Counted from the first letter of the stretch, positions 19,831 through 28,525 are shown. The stretch is DNA of 64,000 nucleotides from an uncultured Rhodospirillales bacterium (GCA_902761715.1 CACWLK010000001.1:10899-74898); one strand, 5' to 3'. Numbers and translations: made by a program. The notes: a model not told the origin generated them from the letters alone.

Positions 19831-20898
19831 ATGAAAAAAATAATTTTATCACTGATTGCAATAACCGTATTAGCAGGAGGTTATTATTTTATGAAAAAAG
19901 ACACCCCCACAGCAGAAAGCAAATCAACCGACACCGCCGAAAACACTCCTCAATGGGACAAAGTGTTCCCTCAAAGTGATAAAGTTGAAACTCACCGCGT
20001 ATCCTTCCAAAACCGTTTCGGTATCGTTTTGGTCGGCAACATCTATCTTCCTAAAGACCGTGATAACAAAAAATTTCCGGCCATTGCCGTCTCCGGCCCG
20101 TTCGGTGCTGTTAAAGAACAGGCTTCAGGTTTGTATGCCCAAACACTGGCCGAACGCGGTTTTGTAACTTTGGCCTTTGACCCGTCATTTACCGGTGAAT
20201 CCGGCGGCGATGTTCGTAACGTCGCTTCTCCTGATATCAATACCGAAGACTTTAGCGCCGCCGTCGATTTCTTAAGCACTCTGTCTTATGTTGACAAAGA
20301 CAAAATCGGAATTATCGGGATTTGCGGTTTTGGTGGTTTTGGTCTTAATGCTGCCGCTCAAGATACCCGCATTAAAGCAACCGTTACTTCTACCATGTAT
20401 GATATGACGAGAGTAAGTGCCAAAGGTTATAATGACTCAATGTCTGCAGATGACCTCTACAAACTGCGCCAAAGCTTGAACGCACAACGCACCGAAGACG
20501 CCATGAAAGGCACTTATGCCGAAGCTCCCGGCCTTCCTGATAAATTGACCGGCAACGAACCGCTGTTTGTAAAAGAATATTTCGAATATTACAAAACACC
20601 GCGCGGTTTCCACAAACGTTCGATTAACTCTAACGGACACTGGAACACCACTTCTGCTCTTTCACTGATAACTCAACCTATTTTGGCTTATAGCGACACC
20701 ATCAAAAGTGCTGTTTTAATGATTCATGGTGAAAAAGCTCACAGCCGTTATTTTTCGGAAGACGCATTCAAAAAACTCACCGGAGAAAACAAAGAGTTAT
20801 ACATTGTTCCTGATGCAAACCATGTAGATTTGTACGACAACCTGGAAAAAATCCCGTTCGATAAAATTGAAGAATTTTTCAAAACCAATCTTAAATAA
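19831..20898 (+). CDS. alpha/beta-hydrolase-fold protein with N-terminal anchor
   Basis: MKKIILSLIAITVLAGGYYF, an elbow region IGIIGICGFGG, and a C-terminal HVDLYD. An internal SD+ATG sits at 19891. Confidence 0.6.
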   Translation: MKKIILSLIAITVLAGGYYFMKKDTPTAESKSTDTAENTPQWDKVFPQSDKVETHRVSFQNRFGIVLVGNIYLPKDRDNKKFPAIAVSGPFGAVKEQASGLYAQTLAERGFVTLAFDPSFTGESGGDVRNVASPDINTEDFSAAVDFLSTLSYVDKDKIGIIGICGFGGFGLNAAAQDTRIKATVTSTMYDMTRVSAKGYNDSMSADDLYKLRQSLNAQRTEDAMKGTYAEAPGLPDKLTGNEPLFVKEYFEYYKTPRGFHKRSINSNGHWNTTSALSLITQPILAYSDTIKSAVLMIHGEKAHSRYFSEDAFKKLTGENKELYIVPDANHVDLYDNLEKIPFDKIEEFFKTNLK

Positions 20899-20907
20899 GG
20901 AACAAAC

Positions 20908-21921
20908 ATGGCAATCAGAAAAATATTACCAATACTGCTGATAGCAGTATCAATTTTTGGGGGAGAAAATACTATGGCACAGAATACTTTATCTGCCAAA
21001 CAACAATCAATTGCCGCAAGTGCTGCTTATGCCGCACTTGGTGACCAACAGGGCTTAAAAAAAGCCTTAGCCGAGGGCATAAACCAAGGTGCTTCCGTTA
21101 ACGAACTGCGTGAAGTTCTGGTTCAATCCTATGCTTACTGCGGTTTTCCGCGCAGTTTGAATGCATTGGCAACTCTAATGCAACTGGCAGAAGAAAAATC
21201 TCTTGATACCTCTGCCTCAAAATCAACCCCACTTGATAATGCACTTGCCACCGGTGCTGAAAACCAAACCAAATTGGTCGGCTCAGAAGTTAAAGGCAAA
21301 TTATTTGATTTTGCACCGGCAATTGATGAATATTTAAAATCTCACTTATTCGGCGATATTTTCTCTCGTTCCGATATCGACTGGCAAACCAGAGAACTGG
21401 CAACCGTTGCTATGCTTGCCGCTCGTGAAGGTGTAGAAAGTCAACTCAATGCTCATATTCAAATTGCCAAACATAACGGGCTGACTGATGAGCAAATAAA
21501 AGAAGTTTTATTGATTGCCTCAAAAGCTCGAGCTGAAAATATTCTGTTCGGCATGGGCGAGAAAAACCCTTACGGAAAATATTTTATCGGACAAAGCTAC
21601 CTGCAACCTATCAATAAAGAAGGTGTGCCGATGTTTAATGTAACCTTTGAGCCCAAATGCCGCAACAACTGGCATATTCACCACAAAGGCGGTCAAATTT
21701 TGATTGCCGTATCGGGACGTGGTTGGTATCAGGCTTGGGGAGAAGAAGCTCGTGAGCTTAACCCCGGCGATGTCGTAAACATTCCGCCCGAAACCAAACA
21801 CTGGCATGGTGCTGCCAAAGACAGCTGGTTTACCCACATTGCTGTTGAAATTCCAAGTGAAGGCGGCTCGACTGAGTGGCTTGAACCTGTTGCCGATGAA
21901 GAATATAACAAATTAAAATAA
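20908..21921 (+). CDS. carboxymuconolactone-decarboxylase-like + cupin fusion protein
   Basis: CMD-type helices (ELREVLVQSYAYCGFPRSLNA) are followed by a cupin (NWHIHHKGGQILIAVSGRGW...PPETKHWHGA). An internal SD+ATG sits at 20974. Confidence 0.65.
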   Translation: MAIRKILPILLIAVSIFGGENTMAQNTLSAKQQSIAASAAYAALGDQQGLKKALAEGINQGASVNELREVLVQSYAYCGFPRSLNALATLMQLAEEKSLDTSASKSTPLDNALATGAENQTKLVGSEVKGKLFDFAPAIDEYLKSHLFGDIFSRSDIDWQTRELATVAMLAAREGVESQLNAHIQIAKHNGLTDEQIKEVLLIASKARAENILFGMGEKNPYGKYFIGQSYLQPINKEGVPMFNVTFEPKCRNNWHIHHKGGQILIAVSGRGWYQAWGEEARELNPGDVVNIPPETKHWHGAAKDSWFTHIAVEIPSEGGSTEWLEPVADEEYNKLK

Positions 21922-21931
21922 GGATATAAAA

Positions 21932-22477
21932 ATGACCAAAAAAGTATTAATTATCTCATCAAGCTTGCGTGGCGGAAGCAACTCCGAAATCGTTGCTCAT
22001 GAAGTAGAACGCGGTGCCGTTGACGCCGGATTTGAGACCGAATTTATCAGCCTCAAAGACAAAGCAATCAACTTTTGCAAAGGCTGTCTTGCCTGCCAAA
22101 AAACTCTCAAATGCGTCATCAAAGATGACATGGTTGAGCTGATTCAAAAGGTTCAAAATGCAGACACTTTGGTCTTTGCCACCCCGATTTATTACTATGA
22201 AATGAGCGGTCAACTCAAAACCTTTTTGGACCGTTGCAACCCGCTGTTCTCACAAGAAAACAAATTCCGCAACGTCTATCTGCTGACCACCTCTTATGAT
22301 GCTTCGGACGAGGCATCTGATAATGCTGCCAATGGCCTCAAAGGATGGGTTGCTTGTTTTGAACAATCACGCTTTGCCGGACTTTTAGCCGGCGGCGGTG
22401 TAAATGATCCCAAAGAAGTAAGCAAACATAATGATCTGCTTCAAAAAGCTTACAATTTTGGTAAAAATTTAAAATAA
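21932..22477 (+). CDS. NAD(P)H-dependent FMN reductase family protein
   Basis: KVLIISSSLRGGSNSE, CKGCLAC and FATPIYYYEMSGQLK motifs. Confidence 0.7.
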   Translation: MTKKVLIISSSLRGGSNSEIVAHEVERGAVDAGFETEFISLKDKAINFCKGCLACQKTLKCVIKDDMVELIQKVQNADTLVFATPIYYYEMSGQLKTFLDRCNPLFSQENKFRNVYLLTTSYDASDEASDNAANGLKGWVACFEQSRFAGLLAGGGVNDPKEVSKHNDLLQKAYNFGKNLK

Positions 22478-22487
22478 GGAAAAAATA

Positions 22488-24236
22488 ATGTCTTATCTTG
22501 AACAAATTAATTCGCCTGCCGACCTCAAAAAGCTGAATATTTCGCAAATGCAGACATTGGCTTCCGAGATCCGCGATGCTATCTTAAATCGTGACAGCAC
22601 CGTCGGCGGCCACGTCGGCCCCAACCTCGGAATTGTCGAAACCGCAATTGCTCTGCACTATGTTTTCAACTCTCCGCGTGATAAAATTGTCTGGGATGTT
22701 TCGCATCAATGCTATCCGCACAAATTGTTGACCGGACGTAAAGAAGGTTTTTTGACTGTTGAAGGCATGCAAAAAATATCCGGTTACACCAATCAGGATG
22801 AAAGCGAACACGACTTTTTCAAAGTTGGTCATACCTCTACTTCCGTAAGTCTTGCCTGCGGTCTTGCCAAAGCTCGCAACCTCCGTGGAGAAAAGCACAA
22901 CGTAATCGCCGTTATCGGTGATGGTTCGCTTTCCGGCGGCGAGGCTCTTGAGGGGTTTAGCAATGCTGCCGTATTAAACAGTAACATCATAATTATCTTA
23001 AACGACAACGAGATGTCCATTGCCGAAAATCACGGCGGTCTATACACCAACCTGCGTCTTTTGCGTGAAACCAATGGCAAAGCCGAATGCAATATGTTTA
23101 AAGCCCTTGGTTTTGACTATCATTATGTAGCAGATGGCAATTCTTTGGAAGCAATGATCGATGTTTTGAACAAAACCAAAGACACCAACCGACCGACCGT
23201 AATCCATATTCACACCCTCAAAGGCAAAGGCTATGCGTTGGCTGAACAAGACAAAGAGCCGTGGCACTGGAGTGTTCCTTTCAACCTCAAAGACGGCAGC
23301 CCCAAATGGAATATGTCAGGCGAAAACTATAATGACATTACCTATGACTACCTGCTTAAAAAAATCAAAAACGATCCGACCGTCGTAGCAGTCAACGCCG
23401 GAACTCCCGGAGTTTTTGGACTCAACGCCGAAAGACGTAAAGTTTTAGGTGAACATTTTGTTGATGTCGGCATTGCCGAAGAACATGGTGTTGCTTTCAC
23501 CTCTGCTCTTGCCAAAGGCGGTTGCAAACCTATCTTTATGGTTATGAGCTCGTTCATTCAACGCACATACGACCAACTCTCGCAAGATTTGGCCTTAAAC
23601 AACAACCCCGCAGTTATATTGGTTGCCTGGGGCGGCATTTCCGGTGCTGATATGACACACCTTTGCTCGTTTGATATTTCTATGATTTCAAACATTCCTA
23701 ATTTGGTATATCTCGCACCGACCACGGTTGAAGAATATTTGGCAATGCTTGACTGGGGATTGGAACAAAACAAACATCCGGTTGTTATCCGTATGCCTAA
23801 AGAGATTGTCCATACCACAGCAAATGTAGATAAGAACTACGACAACCTCAACACCTATCAAACAGCCGCACAAGGCAAAGATGTAGCCATTATTGCCGCC
23901 GGAAGTTTCTTTGGTCTGGGACAGCAAGTGGCAGAAGAACTCAAAAAACACCATCTGACACCTACCCTGATTAACCCGCGTTATCTGACCGGTGTTGACA
24001 AATCATGCCTTGAAAAACTCAAAGCCGAACACAAACTTGTTATTACGCTTGAAGATGGCGAACTCGACGGTGGTTTTGGTGAAAAGGTCGGCAGATTTTA
24101 CGGTCCGTCCGAAATGAAGGTGTTGAACTACGGTTCATTCAAAGAGTTTACCGACCGTGCCGATTTAACTGACCTTTACAATCGTTATCACTTGACTGTT
24201 AAACAAATTGTTGATGATATTTTACAAAACATTTGA
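22488..24236 (+). CDS. 1-deoxy-D-xylulose-5-phosphate synthase-like ThDP enzyme (short paralog, 582 aa)
   Basis: GGHVGPNLGIVETAIALHYVFNSPRDKIVWDVSHQCYPHKLLTGR and GDGSLSGGEALE (ThDP motif) are colinear with DXS. Confidence 0.75.
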   Translation: MSYLEQINSPADLKKLNISQMQTLASEIRDAILNRDSTVGGHVGPNLGIVETAIALHYVFNSPRDKIVWDVSHQCYPHKLLTGRKEGFLTVEGMQKISGYTNQDESEHDFFKVGHTSTSVSLACGLAKARNLRGEKHNVIAVIGDGSLSGGEALEGFSNAAVLNSNIIIILNDNEMSIAENHGGLYTNLRLLRETNGKAECNMFKALGFDYHYVADGNSLEAMIDVLNKTKDTNRPTVIHIHTLKGKGYALAEQDKEPWHWSVPFNLKDGSPKWNMSGENYNDITYDYLLKKIKNDPTVVAVNAGTPGVFGLNAERRKVLGEHFVDVGIAEEHGVAFTSALAKGGCKPIFMVMSSFIQRTYDQLSQDLALNNNPAVILVAWGGISGADMTHLCSFDISMISNIPNLVYLAPTTVEEYLAMLDWGLEQNKHPVVIRMPKEIVHTTANVDKNYDNLNTYQTAAQGKDVAIIAAGSFFGLGQQVAEELKKHHLTPTLINPRYLTGVDKSCLEKLKAEHKLVITLEDGELDGGFGEKVGRFYGPSEMKVLNYGSFKEFTDRADLTDLYNRYHLTVKQIVDDILQNI

Positions 24237-24247
24237 GAGGTAAAAGC

Positions 24248-24808
24248 ATGAAAAATTTTTTATATTTGATTACCGCTGTTCTCACTTTTTTGAGCAATAT
24301 TAATGTACAAGCACAGGAGAATAATATGACAGATAAAAAAATATTGGTAGCATATTTTAGTGCCACCGGCACAACTGCCAAAGTTGCTGAACGTTTATCA
24401 CAGGCAATTAATGCCGATTTGTTTGAGATCAAACCGGCTCAACCCTACAGCAACGCTGACCTTGACTGGACCGACAAAAAAAGCCGCAGTTCGGTTGAAA
24501 TGGCTGACAAATCAAGCCGCCCGGCTATTGCTGACCAAGTCGCCGACATGAGTCAATACAATGTTGTATTTGTCGGTTTTCCGATTTGGTGGTATCGTGA
24601 ACCCTCAATCATTGATACTTTTATGACAAGCTATGACTTTGCCGGCAAAACCGTTATTCCGTTTGCCACATCAGGCATGAGCGGTATTGGTGATTCCGGC
24701 AAAAGCATGCAAGCCTTAGCTCCTTCTGCCAAAGTTTTGGAAGGCAAACGTTTTTCCTCCGGCGTATCAGCAGAAGAGCTGAAATCATGGGCTGAAGGAT
24801 TATTTTAA
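24248..24808 (+). CDS. flavodoxin-fold protein with signal-peptide-like N-terminus (paralog of 17713)
   Basis: MKNFLYLITAVLTFLSNINVQA is followed by ILVAYFSATGTT and VVFVGFPIWW. I placed the start at ATG 24248, behind GAGAGG. An internal SD+ATG sits at 24326. Confidence 0.75.
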   Translation: MKNFLYLITAVLTFLSNINVQAQENNMTDKKILVAYFSATGTTAKVAERLSQAINADLFEIKPAQPYSNADLDWTDKKSRSSVEMADKSSRPAIADQVADMSQYNVVFVGFPIWWYREPSIIDTFMTSYDFAGKTVIPFATSGMSGIGDSGKSMQALAPSAKVLEGKRFSSGVSAEELKSWAEGLF

Positions 24809-24826
24809 CCCACAACAAATAACTAC

Positions 24827-24855
24827 AAAAGCCGAGGCTCTCCTCGGCTTTTTTT
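24827..24855 (+). terminator. Rho-independent terminator
   Basis: GCCGAGG-CTCT-CCTCGGC hairpin followed by T7. Confidence 0.8.
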
Positions 24856-24913
24856 AATTATATTTTAAGCAAATTGGATTATTATATAATTGGTGTAATT
24901 TTAGGAATATTTA

Positions 24914-25543
24914 ATGGCTTATTGCAACTGGAGCGGAACATCAGAACTCAACACCCTGTACCACGACCATGAATGGGGTGTTCCTCTCCATGACGACCAA
25001 AAACAGTTTGAATTTTTGATGATGGAAGTCATGCAATGCGGCCTCAACTGGAATATGATGATTAATAAGCGCGAAATTTTCCGCCGCTGTTTTGATAATT
25101 TTGATTATGACCAAATTGCCGCCTATACCGACCATGACTTAAACCGGATTATGAACACTGCCGGCATGATTAAAAGTCCTCGCAAAATAAACGCCATCAT
25201 CAACAACGCCCGTTGTTTTCAAAAAATCCGTCGGGAATTCGGCAGTTTTTGCAATTATCTTTGGGCTTTTTCTGGCGGCAAAACCATTCTTTACGACCGC
25301 CACGGCGAAGGCTATATCCCTGCCAGCAACGAGCTGTCCGACCTCATCAGCAAAGACTTGAAAAAAAGAGGTTTCAAATTTCTCGGCACGGTTACTGTAT
25401 ATTCACATTTACAAGCTTGCGGCATTATCAATGACCATGGAGATGACTGCCCTCGCTATCAATACATTGTCAACAATTTTCCTACAATCAGAAAACGCCG
25501 CCGCAAAGAAAAAGGCGTCGTACATTTTGTTTCTGAATACTAG
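24914..25543 (+). CDS. tag: DNA-3-methyladenine glycosylase I
   Basis: YHDHEWGVPLHDDQKQFEFLMMEVMQCGLNW is the Tag signature. Confidence 0.85.
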   Translation: MAYCNWSGTSELNTLYHDHEWGVPLHDDQKQFEFLMMEVMQCGLNWNMMINKREIFRRCFDNFDYDQIAAYTDHDLNRIMNTAGMIKSPRKINAIINNARCFQKIRREFGSFCNYLWAFSGGKTILYDRHGEGYIPASNELSDLISKDLKKRGFKFLGTVTVYSHLQACGIINDHGDDCPRYQYIVNNFPTIRKRRRKEKGVVHFVSEY

Positions 25544-25555
25544 AAAGGAACTATC

Positions 25556-26224
25556 ATGAAAAAAGTAATCATCGTCAACGGAAGCCCACGCAAAAACTTT
25601 AATACCGCAAAGCTCTTAAAAGAAGCCGCCCGCGGTGCTGAAGAAAGCGGAGCCGAAGTTGAATTTTTCCACCTGTACGACCTCAACTATAAGGGCTGTA
25701 TAAGTTGCCTTGCCTGTAAACGTAAGGGCGTTGCCCAAAAAGGATTGTGCTTTTTCAAAGACGGACTGACACCTTTGTTAGAAAAATGTCTGAATGCCGA
25801 TGCTGTAATTGTCGGTTCTCCGGTTTATCACTCTTATCCGTCCGGCATGTTCCGCTGTTTTATGGAGCGTTTTATTTTTCCGGCACACACATATATGCTG
25901 GATCGAGTTAACGGTGGTCTCAAACGAGTTATAAACCGTACCTTGCCCGTCGGTGTCATCATGACCATGAACGCCACCAAGGAACAATATAAAAGCAACA
26001 AATATGACATTATTTTAAGAGAAAACGAAGAAAGCCTCCATGCCGTATTTGGGTACTCGGAAACTCTCTATGCATTTGATACATTCCAATACACAGACTA
26101 TGCAAAATATGATTGCGACTTGTTTGACCCCGTACACAAAGCTTTAGTCCGTGACAAACAATTTCCAATTGATATGCGCAAAGCTTACGAAATGGGCAAA
26201 CGCCTAGCCACCATGAATAACTAA
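25556..26224 (+). CDS. flavodoxin-like FMN reductase family protein
   Basis: KVIIVNGSPRKNFNT, CISCLACK and GSPVYHSY motifs. Confidence 0.7.
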   Translation: MKKVIIVNGSPRKNFNTAKLLKEAARGAEESGAEVEFFHLYDLNYKGCISCLACKRKGVAQKGLCFFKDGLTPLLEKCLNADAVIVGSPVYHSYPSGMFRCFMERFIFPAHTYMLDRVNGGLKRVINRTLPVGVIMTMNATKEQYKSNKYDIILRENEESLHAVFGYSETLYAFDTFQYTDYAKYDCDLFDPVHKALVRDKQFPIDMRKAYEMGKRLATMNN

Positions 26225-26277
26225 CTTTTAACAGGAAAACACTTTGTATTATATAACGCTGCCTGATGAGGTCAAAT

Positions 26278-26690
26278 ATGAAATTATCAAAACTGATCTT
26301 TGCCGGACTTTTACTCTTGGTACCAACAAGTTCAGCCTTTGGAGAGAATAACCAAAATATGACTATTACCGTAAACATTTATTACACCGGAGAAAACGGC
26401 AATGCCCGCAAATTTGCCGAAGAAATGGAGCAAAGCGGAACCGTTGCGGCAATTCGTGCTGAAGAAGGCAATTTAAGATATGAATATTTTTATCCCAAAA
26501 ATGATAATGAGACCGTGCTCTTGATTGATAGTTGGCAAAACCAAAAAGCTATTGATAAGCACCACGCCTCCCCAATGATGTCAAAGATTGCCGAACTCCG
26601 CAACAAATAGACTTACATATGAAAGTCGAACGCTATGTTGAGGACAAAACCGGCATTCCCGAACAAGATAAAAACTTTATCAAAAAATAA
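26278..26690 (+). pseudogene. ABM (antibiotic-biosynthesis-monooxygenase-like) protein, frameshifted near the 3' end
   Basis: The frame-1 ORF stops at TAG 26608-26610 after ...KIAELRNK. The frame starting at 26610 continues DLHMKVERYVEDKTGIPEQDKNFIKK to TAA 26688-26690, which supplies the missing last ABM strand. Confidence 0.65.
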
Positions 26691-26695
26691 TTTTT

Positions 26696-26727
26696 AAGCC
26701 GAGGTTTTATCCTCGGCTTTCTTTTTT
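26696..26727 (+). terminator. Rho-independent terminator
   Basis: GCCGAGG-TTTTAT-CCTCGGC hairpin followed by a T-run. It uses the same stem as the terminator at 24827. Confidence 0.8.
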
Positions 26728-26807
26728 ATTTTTCAAGCATTCCGATACCGCGTAAAATCCCTATCATCCCCTCGGCCGCAATGTCATTGACCACTTTTCC
26801 TTCATCA

Positions 26808-27521
26808 TTAAAATAATAAAAATTCATAACCGAAACGGCAATTTTTCTTTTTTCTAACCGTATAACTGTGGCTCTCATCTAACAGCTCAAACAAAACATC
26901 ATCTTTTATGCTGTCATCCAAAACCAGCGTAATCCAATACTTTTTATTCATATGATACGCCGGATAAAAGCCTTCTTGTTTAAGTAATTGTTGAATTTTT
27001 TGTTCATCAATTTTCATATTTACAATCTCGACATTACCATCTGATTTTTTATCGAGTTTGCTTTTTGCAATATTCATCACCAAGGCATACCATTTACCGC
27101 TGTCATTATTTTTAAACACGCCAAAATCGCTGTATTTTTCCCATGGAAACTCCGGCTTATCACCATATTTTTCGGCCGCAAAAGCCACCATGCGGTTGGT
27201 TTGCGCACTAACAAAGCTGTTTTCTCTAAAACATAATTCTTTTATTTCTTGCAAAATCTTTTCGTATTCATTCCGAACTTTTACCGAATACCCCTCGGTA
27301 TTATTTTCCAACCTCAGCGGCAAATAAACCTCCTCGCTTGCCACATCAATCACGTCTCCGCTGACTTTTCCGGTTTTATCAATTTTAATAACGGCGCAAA
27401 AATCATCGTTCATAAAATTTTTCTTCAATATCCAGTTCTCGGCATCTTTTACAAATCCGGCTTTTTTAAGTTTGCTGACTTCAAGTTTACATTTCTTAAA
27501 AACTTTATCTTCAATTGTCAT
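26808..27521 (-). CDS. MmcQ/YjbR-family protein with extra N-terminal domain
   Basis: EFPWEKYSDFGVFKNNDSGKWYALVMNI...GFYPAYHMNKKYWITLVLD is the YjbR signature. I placed the start at ATG 27521, behind GAGG. Confidence 0.65.
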   Translation of the reverse strand: MTIEDKVFKKCKLEVSKLKKAGFVKDAENWILKKNFMNDDFCAVIKIDKTGKVSGDVIDVASEEVYLPLRLENNTEGYSVKVRNEYEKILQEIKELCFRENSFVSAQTNRMVAFAAEKYGDKPEFPWEKYSDFGVFKNNDSGKWYALVMNIAKSKLDKKSDGNVEIVNMKIDEQKIQQLLKQEGFYPAYHMNKKYWITLVLDDSIKDDVLFELLDESHSYTVRKKKNCRFGYEFLLF

Positions 27522-27604
27522 TTTTGCCTCAAATAAATATTTCCCTTGCAACATTTTATTAATTTTTTCGCATTATGCTCAATATAACATTTAAAGGATT
27601 TATC

Positions 27605-28489
27605 ATGTCAAGTATTAGTTTAACCGAAAAAAGCAACCCCGACACCAAAGACATTGACCTTATGTCATCTCTCCAGATTGTTACCGCCATCAACCGCGAA
27701 GACCAAAAAGTTGCACCGGCAATCCAAAAAGTTTTGCCTCAAATTGCCAATGCGGTTGAAACAATTGCTCAAGCATTTCTCAACGGCGGAAGACTAGCCT
27801 ATTTTGGTGCCGGCACATCAGGGCGTATCGGTGTGCTTGATGCTTCTGAATGTTGGCCGACTTTCGGCGTTGACCATGGCATGGTTAGGGGATACATTGC
27901 CGGCGGCGATCAGGCTTTGCGCCTGTCGGTAGAAAACGCTGAAGACAGTGCCGAAATGGCTCTTGCTGACCTCAAAGACTTTGCTCCCACAGCTAAAGAC
28001 GTTGTTGTCGGCATATCAGCCAACGGCTCTCCTCGTTACGTTGCAACCGTAATGGAACAAGCTCAAAAAATCGGTTGCAAAACCATTGCTGTAACTTCCA
28101 ACCCCGAAGCACTCATCAAAAATTTTTCCGACATTTTCATCAATCCGATTGTCGGAGAAGAAGCAATCACCGGTTCTTCCCGCATGAAATCAGGCACCGC
28201 GCAAAAAATGGTCTTAAACATGCTTTCGACCGGCGCAATGATTCGCATTGGTAAAACTTATCAAAATTATATGATTGATTTGCGAGTTTTGAACGAAAAA
28301 CTTCAACAACGAGCTATCCGCTTTGTTACAGAAATTGCCGGCATCACTGAAAGAGAAGCCGCCGAATATCTTAAACAAACCGATAACAATGTTAAACTCG
28401 CCTGCGTAATTGCCATCAAAAAATGCAGCATCAAACAGGCTCAAAAACTTTTACAGCAAGCAAACGGAATTTTGCGAAAAATTATATAA
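27605..28489 (+). CDS. murQ: N-acetylmuramic acid 6-phosphate etherase
   Basis: GAGTSGRIGVLDASECWPTFG and GSSRMKSGTAQK (SIS domain). I placed the start at ATG 27605, behind AAGGA. Confidence 0.85.
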   Translation: MSSISLTEKSNPDTKDIDLMSSLQIVTAINREDQKVAPAIQKVLPQIANAVETIAQAFLNGGRLAYFGAGTSGRIGVLDASECWPTFGVDHGMVRGYIAGGDQALRLSVENAEDSAEMALADLKDFAPTAKDVVVGISANGSPRYVATVMEQAQKIGCKTIAVTSNPEALIKNFSDIFINPIVGEEAITGSSRMKSGTAQKMVLNMLSTGAMIRIGKTYQNYMIDLRVLNEKLQQRAIRFVTEIAGITEREAAEYLKQTDNNVKLACVIAIKKCSIKQAQKLLQQANGILRKII

Positions 28490-28525
28490 CTAAAATTTTC
28501 AAACAAACAAATTATCGAAAAATCA

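Noticed and set aside
26726-26878. A 50-aa minus-strand ORF (MRATVIRLEKRKIAVSVMNFYYFNDEGKVVNDIAAEGMIGILRGIGMLEK) that overlaps the 3' end of the MmcQ/YjbR gene in another frame.
   Set aside because: The tail looks protein-like and could be a remnant of a lost gene, or could hint at a frameshift in the YjbR gene. However, there is no SD, no recognisable family and only 50 codons, so I cannot support it as a feature.
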